Translations under genes and position numbers: made by a program
Shown: one piece after another, positions 12,374 through 26,554 of the stretch
Position numbering within the stretch: position 1 is the stretch's first letter
Layout of the letters: each line of letters starts with the position of its first letter
NCBI RefSeq assembly: GCF_001194135.2
Contig: NC_068998.1
Span: forward strand, 21,992,954 to 22,032,750
Reading direction: 5' to 3'
From: Octopus bimaculoides
Lineage: Eukaryota
DNA: 39,797 nucleotides
The notes under the pieces: generated by a model
What the model was told of the DNA's origin: nothing
The model's database searches: none
Seen by the model: only the letters and a program-made list of their open reading frames with translations

Positions 12374-15222
12374 CAATTTTAATAAAGAGGTTTTAGTCCA
12401 AATCTTTCCAGTGTGAGGACATTCGTTAGCCAACACCCGTAGCTGAGCTATATATACATGTGTGTGTGTGTGTGTGCTTGGGTGTGTGTGTGTGTGGCTA
12501 CACACATATATCCTCCTTTATATACTACGCTTACACCGCTTACACACACACACACTCACACATACACACACATGTTTATACATAATCTTAGGTTTAAATC
12601 TCTGATGAATAATAGTTCAATGTATAAGGAAATTATGGCATTCGAGATAACATGTTTAGTTAGGATGACAAGAACGCAATGTAATTTGAATTTATGCCAT
12701 CTGCCATGGCATGTAGCTGTCTTATTTTCTAGAATTCGTATGATTTTTCACTGTATTTAAAAGTCAGGCGGTTTCAAATATGAGATTTTCCACATGTTAC
12801 AGACCTGATATTCAGCACATTTACATGTACAAATATTGTATTGCTTCAAATCATGATGTATTTTTATCTGCGGTTTATCTAATACATACATTTGAACAAT
12901 TCCCTGCCAAGATCTTTCTAATTTGACCAATGATATATCTAATCTTTTCAACCTAAAGTAAAAGAGTTACAACGCGGAAGTTCTGCCTTTCCTTGTAGAT
13001 TACGTTATACAAGAAGCATATCCATTCAGTTAACGTATTAATGTGTGAACTTAAAGTGATATGGTTGCATTTCTTGAATACAATTTGGTCAAACAGAGGC
13101 TCTCAAATAGATGATGTAACACTGCGTGTTTAATCTACGTGTCTGCCTTGTAGGTCTTAATATTCTGAAGGACTGAGAATTCATTAAAAAATTGTCCTTC
13201 AAGAATAGCTGTCGCATAGTAATAAATTTGTAAAGAGCGGTAAGTTTTGCGCTATAGGAAAGTAACACATCATGCACTTTCAAATGTATACAATTCTCTT
13301 AAATGTTTCTTTGCAACTAATTGAAAAGGGTTAATGAATGGCATCGGCAATAGTGGTTAGTAATGTCGCAATTTATTGCAGTTAGATAACGTAATTAACT
13401 GAAGATCACAATGTCAGTCACAGGTGTGGATAAGCGACTGGAAGAAGAAAAGCGCTTAGGCCAGAGCAAAATTTCCTCTGCCTCTTATATATTCTCTAAT
13501 GGATAAAATCAAGCGAGTCACGTGTCTTAAATTTAATGAAATACAGCTGCTATATTACTGGATCGTTTGAAACCACTGAAATAGAATAAAATCGGGGTTT
13601 CCTGATTGTTGATGAGATGCTCTTCTTTCATTTTGTTTGTTAGTAAAATACTTGAAGTGTAACACTAACTGAATACTTTTGCAGTAGCACAACTGTATTT
13701 AGACATATCCAAAATCACTGGAATGTTATCGTGCTGTAATACAGTTTATAAGGTTTCTAATATAATAGACGAGAAATAGCTGGATGTCTCTTTCTGGATT
13801 TATTTTTAATAATCAAGTAATCCATCAAGAGAGTGTGTATAATCCAATTTACAATATTAATGCATTCAATTTATAAATTGCATCTATTTTCAGCAAGTAT
13901 ATTTGAAAGACATGACAAATAATTTTTATTGATTAATTCAAACCAAGACAATTTAATGATTACTCTAATTTAGTTTTTTTTTATAACACAATTCACAACA
14001 CATTAAATATAATGAGACTATCAACACATTATTCAAATTATACATTTATAATTATACAACCACCGCAAAGGAAAGAATCGCATAGAAACAGATATAAACA
14101 GAGACCAAACGTTTGAATATATATGCCAATGAATTCCTATGCGTGTGCTTATGTGAGTATGTTTGTGTATGTTTGCGTCTGTTTGTGTGTATCTGTATGC
14201 TTAAGGCGTCGGATAGAGCGCCTTGCGAGATTCTATTTAGCTCTTTACTATTTGTATATAAATCGTGCAGAGGCCAATATTATACTTCATCATTTCAGAT
14301 TCATTCAAGTTCATGGACTATCTGTTGTTGTTGTGATTGCTGTTGTTGTCGTTGCTAGTGATCTTCTTGTTTTTGTTCTTGTTCTCCTCTTCTATATTTT
14401 CTCTGCATGAAATAAATTTTGTTTAGACTTGAAGACTCCATCAATTTCAAAATGTCCCAGAGGAGACATAAGCTTTGACAACATCTCTGCTTTCATATTT
14501 CCCCAGTACAACAAGATCTTTTAAAATGAATGAACCAACACATTTTGAATGAGGTTAGTACCCTATTAGTACCCTATCAGTAACCTATGAGGATTTGAGT
14601 ATTTATGGAAGAGAAAATGTATATGTATATGTTTATGGACATAAGCACAAATTCTTAAGATGTTGTCAAAACTGATGCGAGACCAAAATAGTTTGTCTTT
14701 ATCAGAAAATGAAGTGAATTATCTTTTAAATTGTTTAGTTTCTATGTGAAAATTCTGTCGGAGCATTTCTTTCATATATGTATCAAGAATACGATATGAT
14801 CTTCGGGGTACAGTTAGTTAGGTAAATGTATTAATTCGATCGCTTATAAAAGAATATGTCCAAAGAGCAATTATATATTTTAAAATCTCGTTCATATGGG
14901 TGTTATAAAACACATTTGACCCTCAATCTACTTCATTAGGGACGATGCCCTTGGGACTAACTCTGTCTGGTTTTGTGGATAGGAGAATGTCCATTTCGTT
15001 TTGAAGACATCCGCATTATGTAGAATTCTTCAGAACACTGGGCCTTTGAATATTAAACTATTGCAGTACCTTGTTCTGACTATAGATGTGGTTGAGAGTT
15101 GCTTTCATACAACGAAGAAGGATCCTTATGTAGATTATTTAATATCTTTCGCCTTTTGGTTCCAGGGAGTGAAGTCGTGTGGGATAAACACAGACACACA
15201 AATACATACATACATACATACA

Positions 15223-15256
<34 letters not shown>

Positions 15257-15411
15257 NNNNNNNNNNNNNNNNNNNNNNNNNNNNNNNNNNNNNNNNNNNN
15301 NNNNNNNNNNNNNNNNNNNNNNNNNNNNNNNNNNNNNNNNNNNNNNNNNNNNNNNNNNNNNNNNNNNNNNNNNNNNNNNNNNNNNNNNNNTATATATATA
15401 TATATATATGC

Positions 15412-16157
15412 ATAAATAATACAGAATGGGACAAGGACGAAAAATATTCAGACAGTTAGGTGATACAAGAAAGGGACAAAACATACAGATAGACGATACA
15501 ACGAAAACACGGACAGGTCAATCGGAGTTTCCTCTCTTCAATCGAGATCGAGATTATCCTTGCAATTTCGGCTGGTTATTCTCGATATTGCTTCAATCTG
15601 GCCAGCCCCAAGGAAAAGCTAAGCTAAGAGCATTAGATTCCTTGGAAGAAATCAGCGAATGTATACAAAAACAAGGACGGAAAAAATGAACAATGTTACA
15701 CATATACAATAAAAACAATAAAACAAGACATAACAACAGATGTCTTTCGACTAAGGACGAATTAAATTATGCTGGCGTGTGTAGAAATAAGGACTTTCGA
15801 CAGGAATACAAGATTTCACAGGCACAGGGAGGAATAACGATGTTGCCCGCACAACGGCCGACCAAGAAAGAAAGATCAGGCTTGGCCGAACACCGGGCAC
15901 GTGGGACAAGAAGAGAGAGAGGTAGAGGCAGAAGGTAAACAGAATTTGGGAGGAGCGAGAAAAAAATGACAGGGACACAGTGAAGTGAAAAGCGGAGGGA
16001 AAGAAGAGAAGGCAAGGAAATGTGAGTGAGGAGGAACGAAAGAACGAACAGTGGAATGAACGAATAAGGGTGAAGGGGCTGATAGACAGAAATAGAGTCA
16101 TACAAGATTTAGAAAAATGTATACTTACATATAAAAGACAAGTTGTACATACGCCGC

Positions 16158-16192
<35 letters not shown>

Positions 16193-16362
16193 AAATAATA
16201 CAGAATGGGACAAGGACGCAGAACATTCAGACAGTTAGGTGATACTAGAAAGGGACAAAACATACAGATAGACGATACAAAGAAAACACGGACAGGTTAT
16301 TCGGAGTTTTCTCTCTTCAGTCGAGTTCCAGATTATCCTTGCAATTTCGGCTGGTTATTCTC
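15412..16362. repeat. Element with 172-bp direct repeats (15412-15583 and 16191-16362) around a purine-rich core; probable PLE-derived or non-autonomous retroelement
   Basis: Two near-identical copies of ATAAATAATACAGAATGGGACAAGGACG...GCAATTTCGGCTGGTTATTCTC, each preceded by (TA)n. Confidence 0.85.
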
Positions 16363-16589
16363 CAATAAAGTAAAGAAATGATGTGCATTGTGCTACATGG
16401 ATGTAGCAAGGGTTCCCTATATATCGTATAATTTCATGTCCATTAATTTTCGTCTACATTCCCGTTTACTTTGCTTTTGTCTAACTTTTCTCCTTGTTAT
16501 GTTCTCTCTGTTCAACCCTTGATATATCCATTGTTTACTTTATTGTAACTATGCCATCAATATTTGTACCACTCTTAACACTAACTCCA

Positions 16590-16870
16590 CCCTTTCTACT
16601 TCTGCCTCTCTTTCTTTTTCGTTCGTTCTCTCTCTGTCTCCCGCTCCTTCCCTCTTACTTTATCCTTTTCTACCCCTAATCTTACTCTTTCTTTCTCCAT
16701 CCTTACCCTCTCTTCCCTCCCTCGCTTGACTTTCCCTTCTCTCTCTCTCTTTCTTACACTGCTCATTCGTTCTCTCTCTCTCTCCCTTTGTCATTTCCCC
16801 TCTCTTTCTACCTCTGCTCTTCCGTTCTCTTTGTCTCTCTGTCACCTCCTCTTTCCCTGTCTCAACACTT
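16590..16870. repeat. CT-rich (polypyrimidine) low-complexity tract
   Basis: Visible composition bias; probably part of a minus-strand repeat. Confidence 0.8.
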
Positions 16871-18069
16871 CCTCTTTCATACCACGTGATCGATGCCCGG
16901 TAAAAGCGCTGTCGTTCCTTTTTCGCCCTACCCTTGACCACACTGATCACGCTCCTGTTACGTCCATTCTGTCCTGTAGCACTTGCTCTATTTTCTCTTT
17001 GTGCAATGTTCGACAGCTGCAAAACTATTTCTGTTGTATTTATGGTATAAGTATAATTATTACATTTTCTTTATATTTCTACGGTTAGCGATCGCATTGT
17101 TTACATATGCGTGTTCGACTACGAAATGTCGTAATTTACAGTGATTGCTCTGAATTTTATAGGAAATCTACAGAGATAAATTATTTCCCTGGGTCCAACA
17201 TCTTCAATAAGGCATGGGAAAATATGCAGTTGATGCACTAACAACAAATCGAAATACATTAACGTATTAGATGATTTTTAAGACATTTCCATGCTTATAT
17301 ATAAATATATCTACAAATATCTCAGATAATCATTGTACCCACCGAAAAAAAAAAACACTACAATAATTCTGATCACAAAAGGGTGATGCAACAGAACAAA
17401 AGAAAAATCACATAAACAGAAACGCTATTCCTTGTTCCATTTTTCCCAAATCAAAATTGAGATTGCCTTATTTCTCCTATAACTAGACTAACATATGCTG
17501 CCCTTTCGTTTACAATCGAGATCAGATAGGTATTATTAAAAAATATTACTTAGAGATTTATTGTGTGAATTCCATCCAACGTTATAATAGCTTTCTAAAA
17601 GCATTTAGCATCGGGATAGACAAGGAAAATACAAAATATGTTCAGAATGCAAAATGGCTTATTTTCAACACAAATCTTACTGTTAATTACAAACAATGCC
17701 TCCAGTAAAATGCAGTTATATCTGAAAAATATAAATGTAGCATATTATTTTGTAGTAATACATCTCAAGCAAGACAACTCACACAAACATGTACATACAT
17801 ATAAAGACATACAGACGTTTGTACGAAAGCACATGAAAAATACACACCCATAAGGAAACAGTCACGAACATGCACACGTTCTGACACACACATAGACATA
17901 TGCACACATATTTAGCTTGTTATATTCAGATATATATCAACTTTATATATATGAATATAATATGTGCGTGCGCGTACATATATGCATATAGTGTAGATAT
18001 CATAATCTCTGTGCATGCATTTCATGCATATTTGTAAGTGTAAAGAAATGTGCACACCTATTCCGAAAC

Positions 18070-18121
18070 ATATTTACACATATATACATACATACATACA
18101 TACATACAAACATACATACAT

Positions 18122-18215
<94 letters not shown>

Positions 18216-18260
18216 CATACGTTCTTATGTGTCATATATATATATGTGTGTGTGTGTGAA
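18070..18260. repeat. (ATAC)n-(CA)n-(TA)n compound microsatellite
   Basis: Visible. Confidence 0.97.
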
Positions 18261-18800
18261 TAAACAAATATATTCGAGCTATGTATATTATTGGTGCAGG
18301 CATGAACTCTACAATGTCCAAGCTAAATGTAATATACACATTATAATGTCAGGCTAATTTTGAAATAAACGAAAACCATAGCCAAACGCTGTCGTGTTGT
18401 ATTCTCTAGAGTTTCATTTTCTACTTTAGTATGAGATGCAAATATTGGAAGAGATTTTGTTAAATTTTGGGGAGTACACCAGCACGAGTTTCACTAAGAA
18501 AAGAAAAAAGAAAACCTCGGCTTTTTTGCGTGGAATCAAATAACCTGGCTTCCAGAAAAACGGGGTGATGGGCGTGGGGGTGGAACCCTCGGAAATTTCA
18601 CCCTCTACCCTCAACATTTTACAGAAATACGTTTTCGAGAGCGTGGACTGAACGGTTCATTATTAAATATATATTTACCATGTGAATTAATATTTTAACA
18701 TTTATATTCTGTATTTTATGCTAAAAACAATTTTTCGGAAGTCGCAGTCTAAGAAATGAGTGTGTATGCACTCACAGACACACACATGCGCACACACACA

Positions 18801-18854
<54 letters not shown>

Positions 18855-18879
18855 CATACATACATACATACATACATGC

Positions 18880-19057
18880 ATTTTAAGATCCACAAATATC
18901 AGAACTTATCTGTAGGTCTTGGCGATCCGAATCGGATATGCAATCTATGTGGCTGTCTTTTCAAAACATTGTCTGGTTTAAAAAGCTACATCAGATATCA
19001 CGATGGTTCTAAGGTGTAGGTACAGGAAGTGGGGAAACTCTGCATAATGATTAGACA
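18880..19057 (+). mobile_element. Probable 3' end of an RTE-like LINE with a decayed C-terminal zinc finger
   Basis: RICNLCGCLFKTLSGLKSYIRYHDGSKV*: Cx2Cx3Fx5Lx2(Y)x3H, single finger, then stop, short tail and N gap. The family assignment is inference. Confidence 0.5.
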
Positions 19058-21682
19058 NNNNNNNNNNNNNNNNNNNNNNNNNNNNNNNNNNNNNNNNNNN
19101 NNNNNNNNNNNNNNNNNNNNNNNNNNNNNNNNNNNNNNNNNNNNNNNNNNNNNNNNNNNNNNNNNNNNNNNNNNNNNNNNNNNNNNNNNNNNNNNNNNNN
19201 NNNNNNNNNNNNNNNNNNNNNNNNNNNNNNNNNNNNNNNNNNNNNNNNNNNNNNNNNNNNNNNNNNNNNNNNNNNNNNNNNNNNNNNNNNNNNNNNNNNN
19301 NNNNNNNNNNNNNNNNNNNNNNNNNNNNNNNNNNNNNNNNNNNNNNNNNNNNNNNNNNNNNNNNNNNNNNNNNNNNNNNNNNNNNNNNNNNNNNNNNNNN
19401 NNNNNNNNNNNNNNNNNNNNNNNNNNNNNNNNNNNNNNNNNNNNNNNNNNNNNNNNNNNNNNNNNNNNNNNNNNNNNNNNNNNNNNNNNNNNNNNNNNNN
19501 NNNNNNNNNNNNNNNNNNNNNNNNNNNNNNNNNNNNNNNNNNNNNNNNNNNNNNNNNNNNNNNNNNNNNNNNNNNNNNNNNNNNNNNNNNNNNNNNNNNN
19601 NNNNNNNNNNNNNNNNNNNNNNNNNNNNNNNNNNNNNNNNNNNNNNNNNNNNNNNNNNNNNNNNNNNNNNNNNNNNNNNNNNNNNNNNNTATATATATAT
19701 ATATATATTTGCATATAAAATACAATAGAAATGTTAAGATATTAATTCACATAGTTCCAATGGTTAATATCTATTTAATATCGAACCATGTAATCCACAC
19801 TCTCAAAAACGTGTTTCTGCACATTGCTGGGGGACGGAGGGGCTGAAACTTACGAGTGTTCCACCCCACCCTTCGTTTTCCAGACACAAAAAATTGTTTT
19901 GTGGCATATCAGTAGGTCACCGTAATTCACTCAACGAAAAAAATTGAAAGAAAAAAATTCGCATCATAGTTATTATTTTTTTTCTTTCAGAACAAACATA
20001 AACGGTTTGCTGAACATTAGAAGGTCAGGGTACTTAACTTCATGCAAAGAAAATCCGAGGTATTTTTTTTATGTTAGTGAAACTCATGCGGGTGTACTTC
20101 CTGAAATTTACCGAGATTTTTTGTCTTCTGCGGTTTGTACATATTGTTTTATATGATAGAAATGCAGTTCAAATAGTTTTACTAAACTCTCAATTCGAAT
20201 CCACAAACTTTCATGAAGCAAGAATAATGTGGAATGTGTTCCGAGAAATAAAGTTTGCTATATCACCAATAGTATTTCTTCAAGCCGTAGAAATGTCTCC
20301 TGGAATATGCTGGTTACTATTTATTTTATCTAACATAACAGGGGATATTTATCCCCAAAAATATGTAAGTATGATTTGGTATGTACAACGTTCTTGAATG
20401 CACTATCACTAATTCAGTTGGTATTTGTCTTCTATAGGCATTGCGCTTTATCTCATTCTTCGTTCAGCACCGAATACACCGACAAGAGAGTGCAGTCAAA
20501 CAACATTCTCACTGTTTCTTTCTTTAACTAAATCATAAAATGTCACATTCTTCGGGATAGACCGGCTATGACAAACGAAAGGCGAGTATGCTTTATTTAA
20601 TATTGTTACCTTTATCGAAGGAAGCAGATAAATCCATTTGGAATTAATTTACCCTTAACTGTGTAATGCAGTTTTATATACGTTTTGTTGAGGAATGTCA
20701 TAGTTGCGAATATTTTCTGAGATATCTCATGTTTATTTCGCAGCTTCACTTTAAAATTTTACTGAAATTACAAGGAAATTTAATTTTGCTGTGAAAGGGT
20801 TAAGGCTTCTTCCTTAAACAATGGTTGATATCAGCTTTCTAGCAATGTGAAGTTCACATGATGTAGATAAGCAATCTTTAGAGAAAGTTTCTACATAGCT
20901 CTTATCTGTTTACAGTCTAGCGTGTCTTTAAAAGTTATCAGTGTTTAACAAATAAATTTCACACCACAACTGACAAAAGATGAAATACCTATTTTCGTGT
21001 ATTTATGTACATACCAGTACCAACACAGCTCCATCCAGATTAGTCTAATTGGTGATTATTCGAACTGAAAGAAATGATATATCTCAAATCGCACTATTTG
21101 GACATTTTGCTCTAAGTAGGCCATTATTAACTGTGTGATAGGATATGAGTTCGAGTGGAGTGCAGCTAAGCATACGACTCCTCGATTAAACTGACAAAAA
21201 CTAAACATATTCAAATACTGCGAATATTAAATCATCAATACAATACTGAATCAAACATAATTACTCTTTATTAATTTATTTAAAGTAAAGGATTACTGAT
21301 TCATAAGATATATAATTTACATTCACGCATTTATAATGTACAAAGGTACTGGAAATATTATTCAATATACATTTTCAATATTCAAACGAATTAGCTTCAA
21401 AGTCACACACTTACGTTTGAGTAACTCGTCTCCAATTATTCTAACTTAACACACATTTGGAGGAGTTTTGGTGTATCAGTTCTAATACATATATTAGAAA
21501 TTATTCCTAATATATCTCTATCTAAACACACACTCACACGCGCGCGCGGGCGCATATGAGTGAGTGGGCAAACGAAACAAAAAAGGGTCATTCAACACAT
21601 TTATTGGGAGTTACATGTTTCGGTAGAACATTCACTAAATAAAAATTAAATAAAAAATGGTGTCTGCCAAATCAGAAAGATC

Positions 21683-21925
21683 CAAAGCAGTTTGATTCGG
21701 AATCTTTACTATTCCAAGTTTCGAAGCCCTATGCCGGTCAGAATTCGGATAAACGGAGAGATGCGGGAAGTCGAAAGTGGCTACCGGTCAGTGAGTACGG
21801 CTGTGGTTGTCTCTCAATTGCAAACTGCATTTCCCTCTTCATTCGAACTCTCACGAGCCTGACAAGAGGCTCCGTTAAGGGCTTCAAAATTTGAAGTAGT
21901 ACAGAATCCGAATCAAACTGTTTTG
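21683..21925. mobile_element. MITE-like element with 48-bp terminal inverted repeats
   Basis: 21683-21730 versus the reverse complement of 21878-21925 match at 41/48 positions; no ORF. Confidence 0.7.
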
Positions 21926-23974
21926 AAGAATATAAATACATGCAAACAAGTGCGCACGCGCGCGCACACGCGCGCGCACACACGCATACACACACACATA
22001 CACACACATACATATAGCGTTTCAGTAAATTTTATGCGCTTTATATTTATATTTAGCCACAAATAAGCAAAGTCGTTTCTAAAAGTAGATGTTTATGAAA
22101 TAAATAATTCCGGCATCACATTCCATACACGAAAAAATTATTGCAAATATTATTAAATTCTATGTCTGTTTTATTATCGTAACTAATTTTTATTTCATAA
22201 TGTAATTACTGTTCAACTACTATATTCCTGTGCTAGTGTGCATATATTGGGATGATAATTTATCCTGATAGATTATTCCGGCTTATATAAATATACAAAC
22301 TTCAAAATGCAATTGATGAATTAATTTGGTATTATAAATAGAGATAATTTAATGAAATGCATCCCCACTTCAAGATATGAAAAGCATAAGAATTGGCAAA
22401 TCAATTGAAAACATTTACTTCGCAATTATTTTTCTTTAATTATTAATGTATAATTAATAGAAATCAATAAAAATATTCATACATGTTTTCCATAATTATT
22501 TCTTACTGAATTTGCAGAAGACAAATTAATGAGAAATACATGTGATTGCTTAAAAGATAAGATTCATAGCCGCATGATATATTCTGGTTTTGAATTTATA
22601 TATTACACGGAGACTGTAACAACAATAGCAAATCCAGATTAGATACAAGCACAACATTTGAATTTAAGCTAAACTTTAATCTTCAACTTAAATTTAAACG
22701 GGCTCATTCTTCTGTAGGCGAACATTACAAAGGAATCTTCGTTTGTAGCGTTTGCAATTTTCCTACTACGAACATTGAATTTATTGATATATATGCATAG
22801 GTAATTTAGAGCAATGTTACATAGAAATGAACTTACAAATTTGCATTTGACCGATAATGGAGTGTTTAAACTTAAGACCCATATGGTTTGAGACGATGTT
22901 CGCAAGAATGCCATGGAATTTATATAATCATCAGTGCGCTTACGAAATAATGAAAACATTAAATATGCAACCGTAAGGCATTTAACTGGGTGCAGAATAT
23001 TTACAAAACTTCTTACAAAGAACAAAGGATCGAAGGTATATAATGGAAGTATCAGTGTAGCACGCTTGCTATAATTAATATGACTAATCAAGTGCAAAAC
23101 ATCTCACTAACTGCTTCCTTTCTTTGGTTGTCTGCATAGTTTGTGACCACTTATATCATTACTACATGGCCATTCGGTACCTTTTGTGAAGGCCCTCACT
23201 TCGAAGCAACCTAGACTGCTCTGTGATGTGAAGGCAAATTTCATAACTCCTGCAGTAGACTTGGTGAACACGAAAAGCCATGAACTATAACAAAAAGTTA
23301 TCTTATCTAAAAGCAGATTGGATAACATTATATATTAATTAATAGTAATTTAATTACGAATTCCATATTTCATAATGAATATGTATTTGTATATGAAAAA
23401 ATAAAAAGAGAATGTTGGGAATTATATTAAGGATATCATTTGATTTCCAGCATTTGACACATAAATGATAATCATATCTCATTATGTTCATTGATTAAAA
23501 GATACTTAATATATCACATTTGTTTTTTATAACCATTGTAAAAGGAAATACATCCATTCTACTGAACGTCTTAAAACTTACACAATTTATTCTGAAATTT
23601 TTCTGCTCTAGCTTAATCTTCGATAAGCTCTGATAATTTTCTTATACCTTATCAGAATTATATTCATAGGATTCAAAACTATTGTATAATACCAATTAAT
23701 TTAATTAAATTCACTGATAACATCCAGCTGATTATTTTGTGAAATGTTATTTTAGACTGCTACACAATTTTAATATCTCAATTCCCAGTATTATATATGT
23801 GTGTGTAAATATACAGGTATCTATATATATATGTACAGGCGTTGCTATGTGGTAAAAAGGCTTCTTTTTTAACTGCACGGTACCTGGTTGGGTTTCACTG
23901 TGTGGTATGTTCCTTAAATGGTTTCCACTATAGACTCGTGCAGAACGATGTTTCGTATGTCTGTATACATATAT

Positions 23975-24080
23975 TATACATACATGCATACATACATACA
24001 TACATGCATACACACATGCATACATACATACATACATACATACATACATGCATACATGCATACATGCATACATACATGCA

Positions 24081-24112
<32 letters not shown>

Positions 24113-24152
24113 CAGAGAGAGAGAGAGACACACATATGCATATATATATATA
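23975..24152. repeat. (ATAC)/(ATGC)n-(GA)n-(TA)n compound microsatellite
   Basis: Visible. Confidence 0.95.
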
Positions 24153-24284
24153 NNNNNNNNNNNNNNNNNNNNNNNNNNNNNNNNNNNNNNNNNNNNNNNN
24201 NNNNNNNNNNNNNNNNNNNNNNNNNNNNNNNNNNNNNNNNNNNNNTATATATTTGCGTGTGCGTGTGTGTGTGTCTTTCAGTGT

Positions 24285-24445
24285 GTGTTAACTTGATCAA
24301 CGCTTGACAGCCAGTACTGGAGACCTTGCGATAAAGGACTTTAGAAAAAAAAAATAATAAATAGGCACTCGGGAGATTCATTCGAGTAAAATTATTAAAG
24401 GCGGTGCTCCAGATTGGCTGCAGTTAAGTGACAGCAGCAAATAAA
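24285..24445 (+). mobile_element. Decayed SINE 3' tail
   Basis: GCTTGACAGCCAGTACTGG...GATTCATTCGAGTAAAATTATTAAAGGCGGTGCTCCAG..TGGCTGCAGT; homologous to the other copies. Confidence 0.7.
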
Positions 24446-24891
24446 AAATTTAAAGACTTGTAGCGACCGTTTTTCCGTGTGTTCATCAAATTTCACACTG
24501 ATGTAAAAATGAAGCAGAAACTCCGTTCCTGACAAATTTATATATCACATGACACAATGTAGTTTACCCACAGTTTATATAAACATAGTGATACTATGAC
24601 AGCAGAATCTGTCGAAGTAAACATCCGAAAGAGTCTATCTGATAGAGGTAACAATCGTTTCCCTGTGTAGAACGGGTTAGATAACGGCGTGAAGACGCCT
24701 TGTACTCGACACACTTCTAAACAAAATACACCTTCGGTCTCGAAGATATATGCAAATAGTGTGAGAGAAAATTAAATTACGAATTAAAAGCAGATCTAAT
24801 GATATCAGTCGTACATATATGGTGTTTGTGTGTTTTCTATCTGTCAGCCTGTCTGTAAATCTATCTACTGTCTGACATTTTTTTAATCTTA

Positions 24892-24892
<1 letters not shown>

Positions 24893-24957
<65 letters not shown>

Positions 24958-24976
24958 ATATCTATCTATCTATCTG
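24893..24976. repeat. (TATC)n microsatellite
   Basis: Visible. Confidence 0.97.
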
Positions 24977-26027
24977 TATTATCAATATGGTTATGTGTAT
25001 AGACCTGTATCAAGCACATTGTTTTTGGCTACTGTCAATTATACAAACGTGATATACAACATTGAACGGCATTTAACCGCAAGTTAGTTATATATAGTAA
25101 CGTCAACCATATTGCAGGAAATAAGATCAACACATATTGACGTCAATTTCATGGCACTAAGTGATCCGGCATTAGTTGTTGAGTTTCAACAGACCTCCTC
25201 CCCACCGACATAGGCAAACACGCACGCACTTTTATTTGTATATGTATAAGGTGTATGTGTGTTTTCTCTGTGAATTAGAGTGGGTGTCTTGGAGATGTGA
25301 AGATATAGAAGATATACGCCGTGGAGAAATCATAATATAGACAATGAAACACCAAACGTGGGAGCAAACTCAACAAAGAATTATAGATATTGCAAAATGA
25401 GAAAAAGAATTTGGGCACGCTATTTTTAAAACAATGGAGCAGACTTGAAATACGGTGAATGTGTATAGACCGATATTGCGCTCTATGAAAATCAACTAAG
25501 TAAATACAGAAAGAATTGTACAATGATTTGAATTAATTTTTATATCCAGCCGTTTTTCCAGACGGGTTTTCATCTTTTTGAACCGATTAACTCTGAAGAG
25601 ACGTATATATAATTGAACTGTGATTATGTGTATCAGAAAAAAAAAATATATATGTTGAAAGATTTTGTTGGACTTTTACGGATTTTATAATTATTTATAC
25701 AACACTATTTTATGTTATATATTATATTCATTGTATTTAATGTAATATTGTAATATAAACAAATTAGTGAATGTTTATACTATTTAGTTGTACCAATATT
25801 TATATGGTATCCGACTGAAGTACCAGTGACTTGGATGTTTAAAACACCCATTTGAAGGATTTCTTTTCCTCAGTTTGTCATTATATATGTATGGAATTCT
25901 TCGATAAGTTAAGTTATGGTTTTACTTTAAGTAATATTGTTCAATGTATTTCGATTATTTAATGTTAAAACACGTATTTTTCTATATTTATTTATAACTA
26001 TTATAAGTTAAGATAATACATTGATTT

Positions 26028-26035
26028 TATTATCA

Positions 26036-26096
<61 letters not shown>

Positions 26097-26105
26097 TACT
26101 ATTAC

Positions 26106-26162
<57 letters not shown>

Positions 26163-26165
26163 TAC

Positions 26166-26223
<58 letters not shown>

Positions 26224-26224
26224 T
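26028..26224. repeat. (ATT)n microsatellite with ACT variants
   Basis: Visible; explains the poly-Leu ORF. Confidence 0.98.
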
Positions 26225-26554
26225 TAGACCTGAAGTGTGACTATATTTTTAAATAGAATTAATTTTATATCGATTTAACTTTGAATCGAATTGATTTTAT
26301 TATTATTACCTATTTGAAAATATAGCCACAAAAGGCACCTTGTCTAATTGCTATTTACTATTTATTGTTTATGTACTCTATTCATTTTCAGAATAAGATT
26401 TTTAGAGTATATTTTTTTCTAGATTGTGTGAATAACGTTCTTCATTATTGAATTAATTAATCAAGGTTTTTTCTCTAAATTATATACATATTATATATTG
26501 TGAAATTTGATTTAGAATTGCTAAATTTAATTTTTCCCTGCAGGTTTTGGATTT

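Noticed and set aside
12600-12650. CTGATGA...GAAA motif
   Set aside because: No stem II, III or I complementarity; a chance match. The same applies to CTGATGA at ~22930 and ~27830 (minus) and CTGAAGA at ~25592
18560-18595. G-rich tract as a G-quadruplex
   Set aside because: Only three runs of three or more G; probably part of an unclassified repeat
20650-20803. piggyBac-like MITE (CCCTT...AAGGG-TTAA)
   Set aside because: Only the right end is convincing; the left end lacks TTAA and the termini are too short
22669-23328. Two minus-strand ORFs (142 and 73 aa) in non-repeat DNA
   Set aside because: No recognisable domain and no consistent acceptor/donor pair; cannot be supported without expression data
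26021-26227. Poly-Leu ORF
   Set aside because: (ATT)n microsatellite
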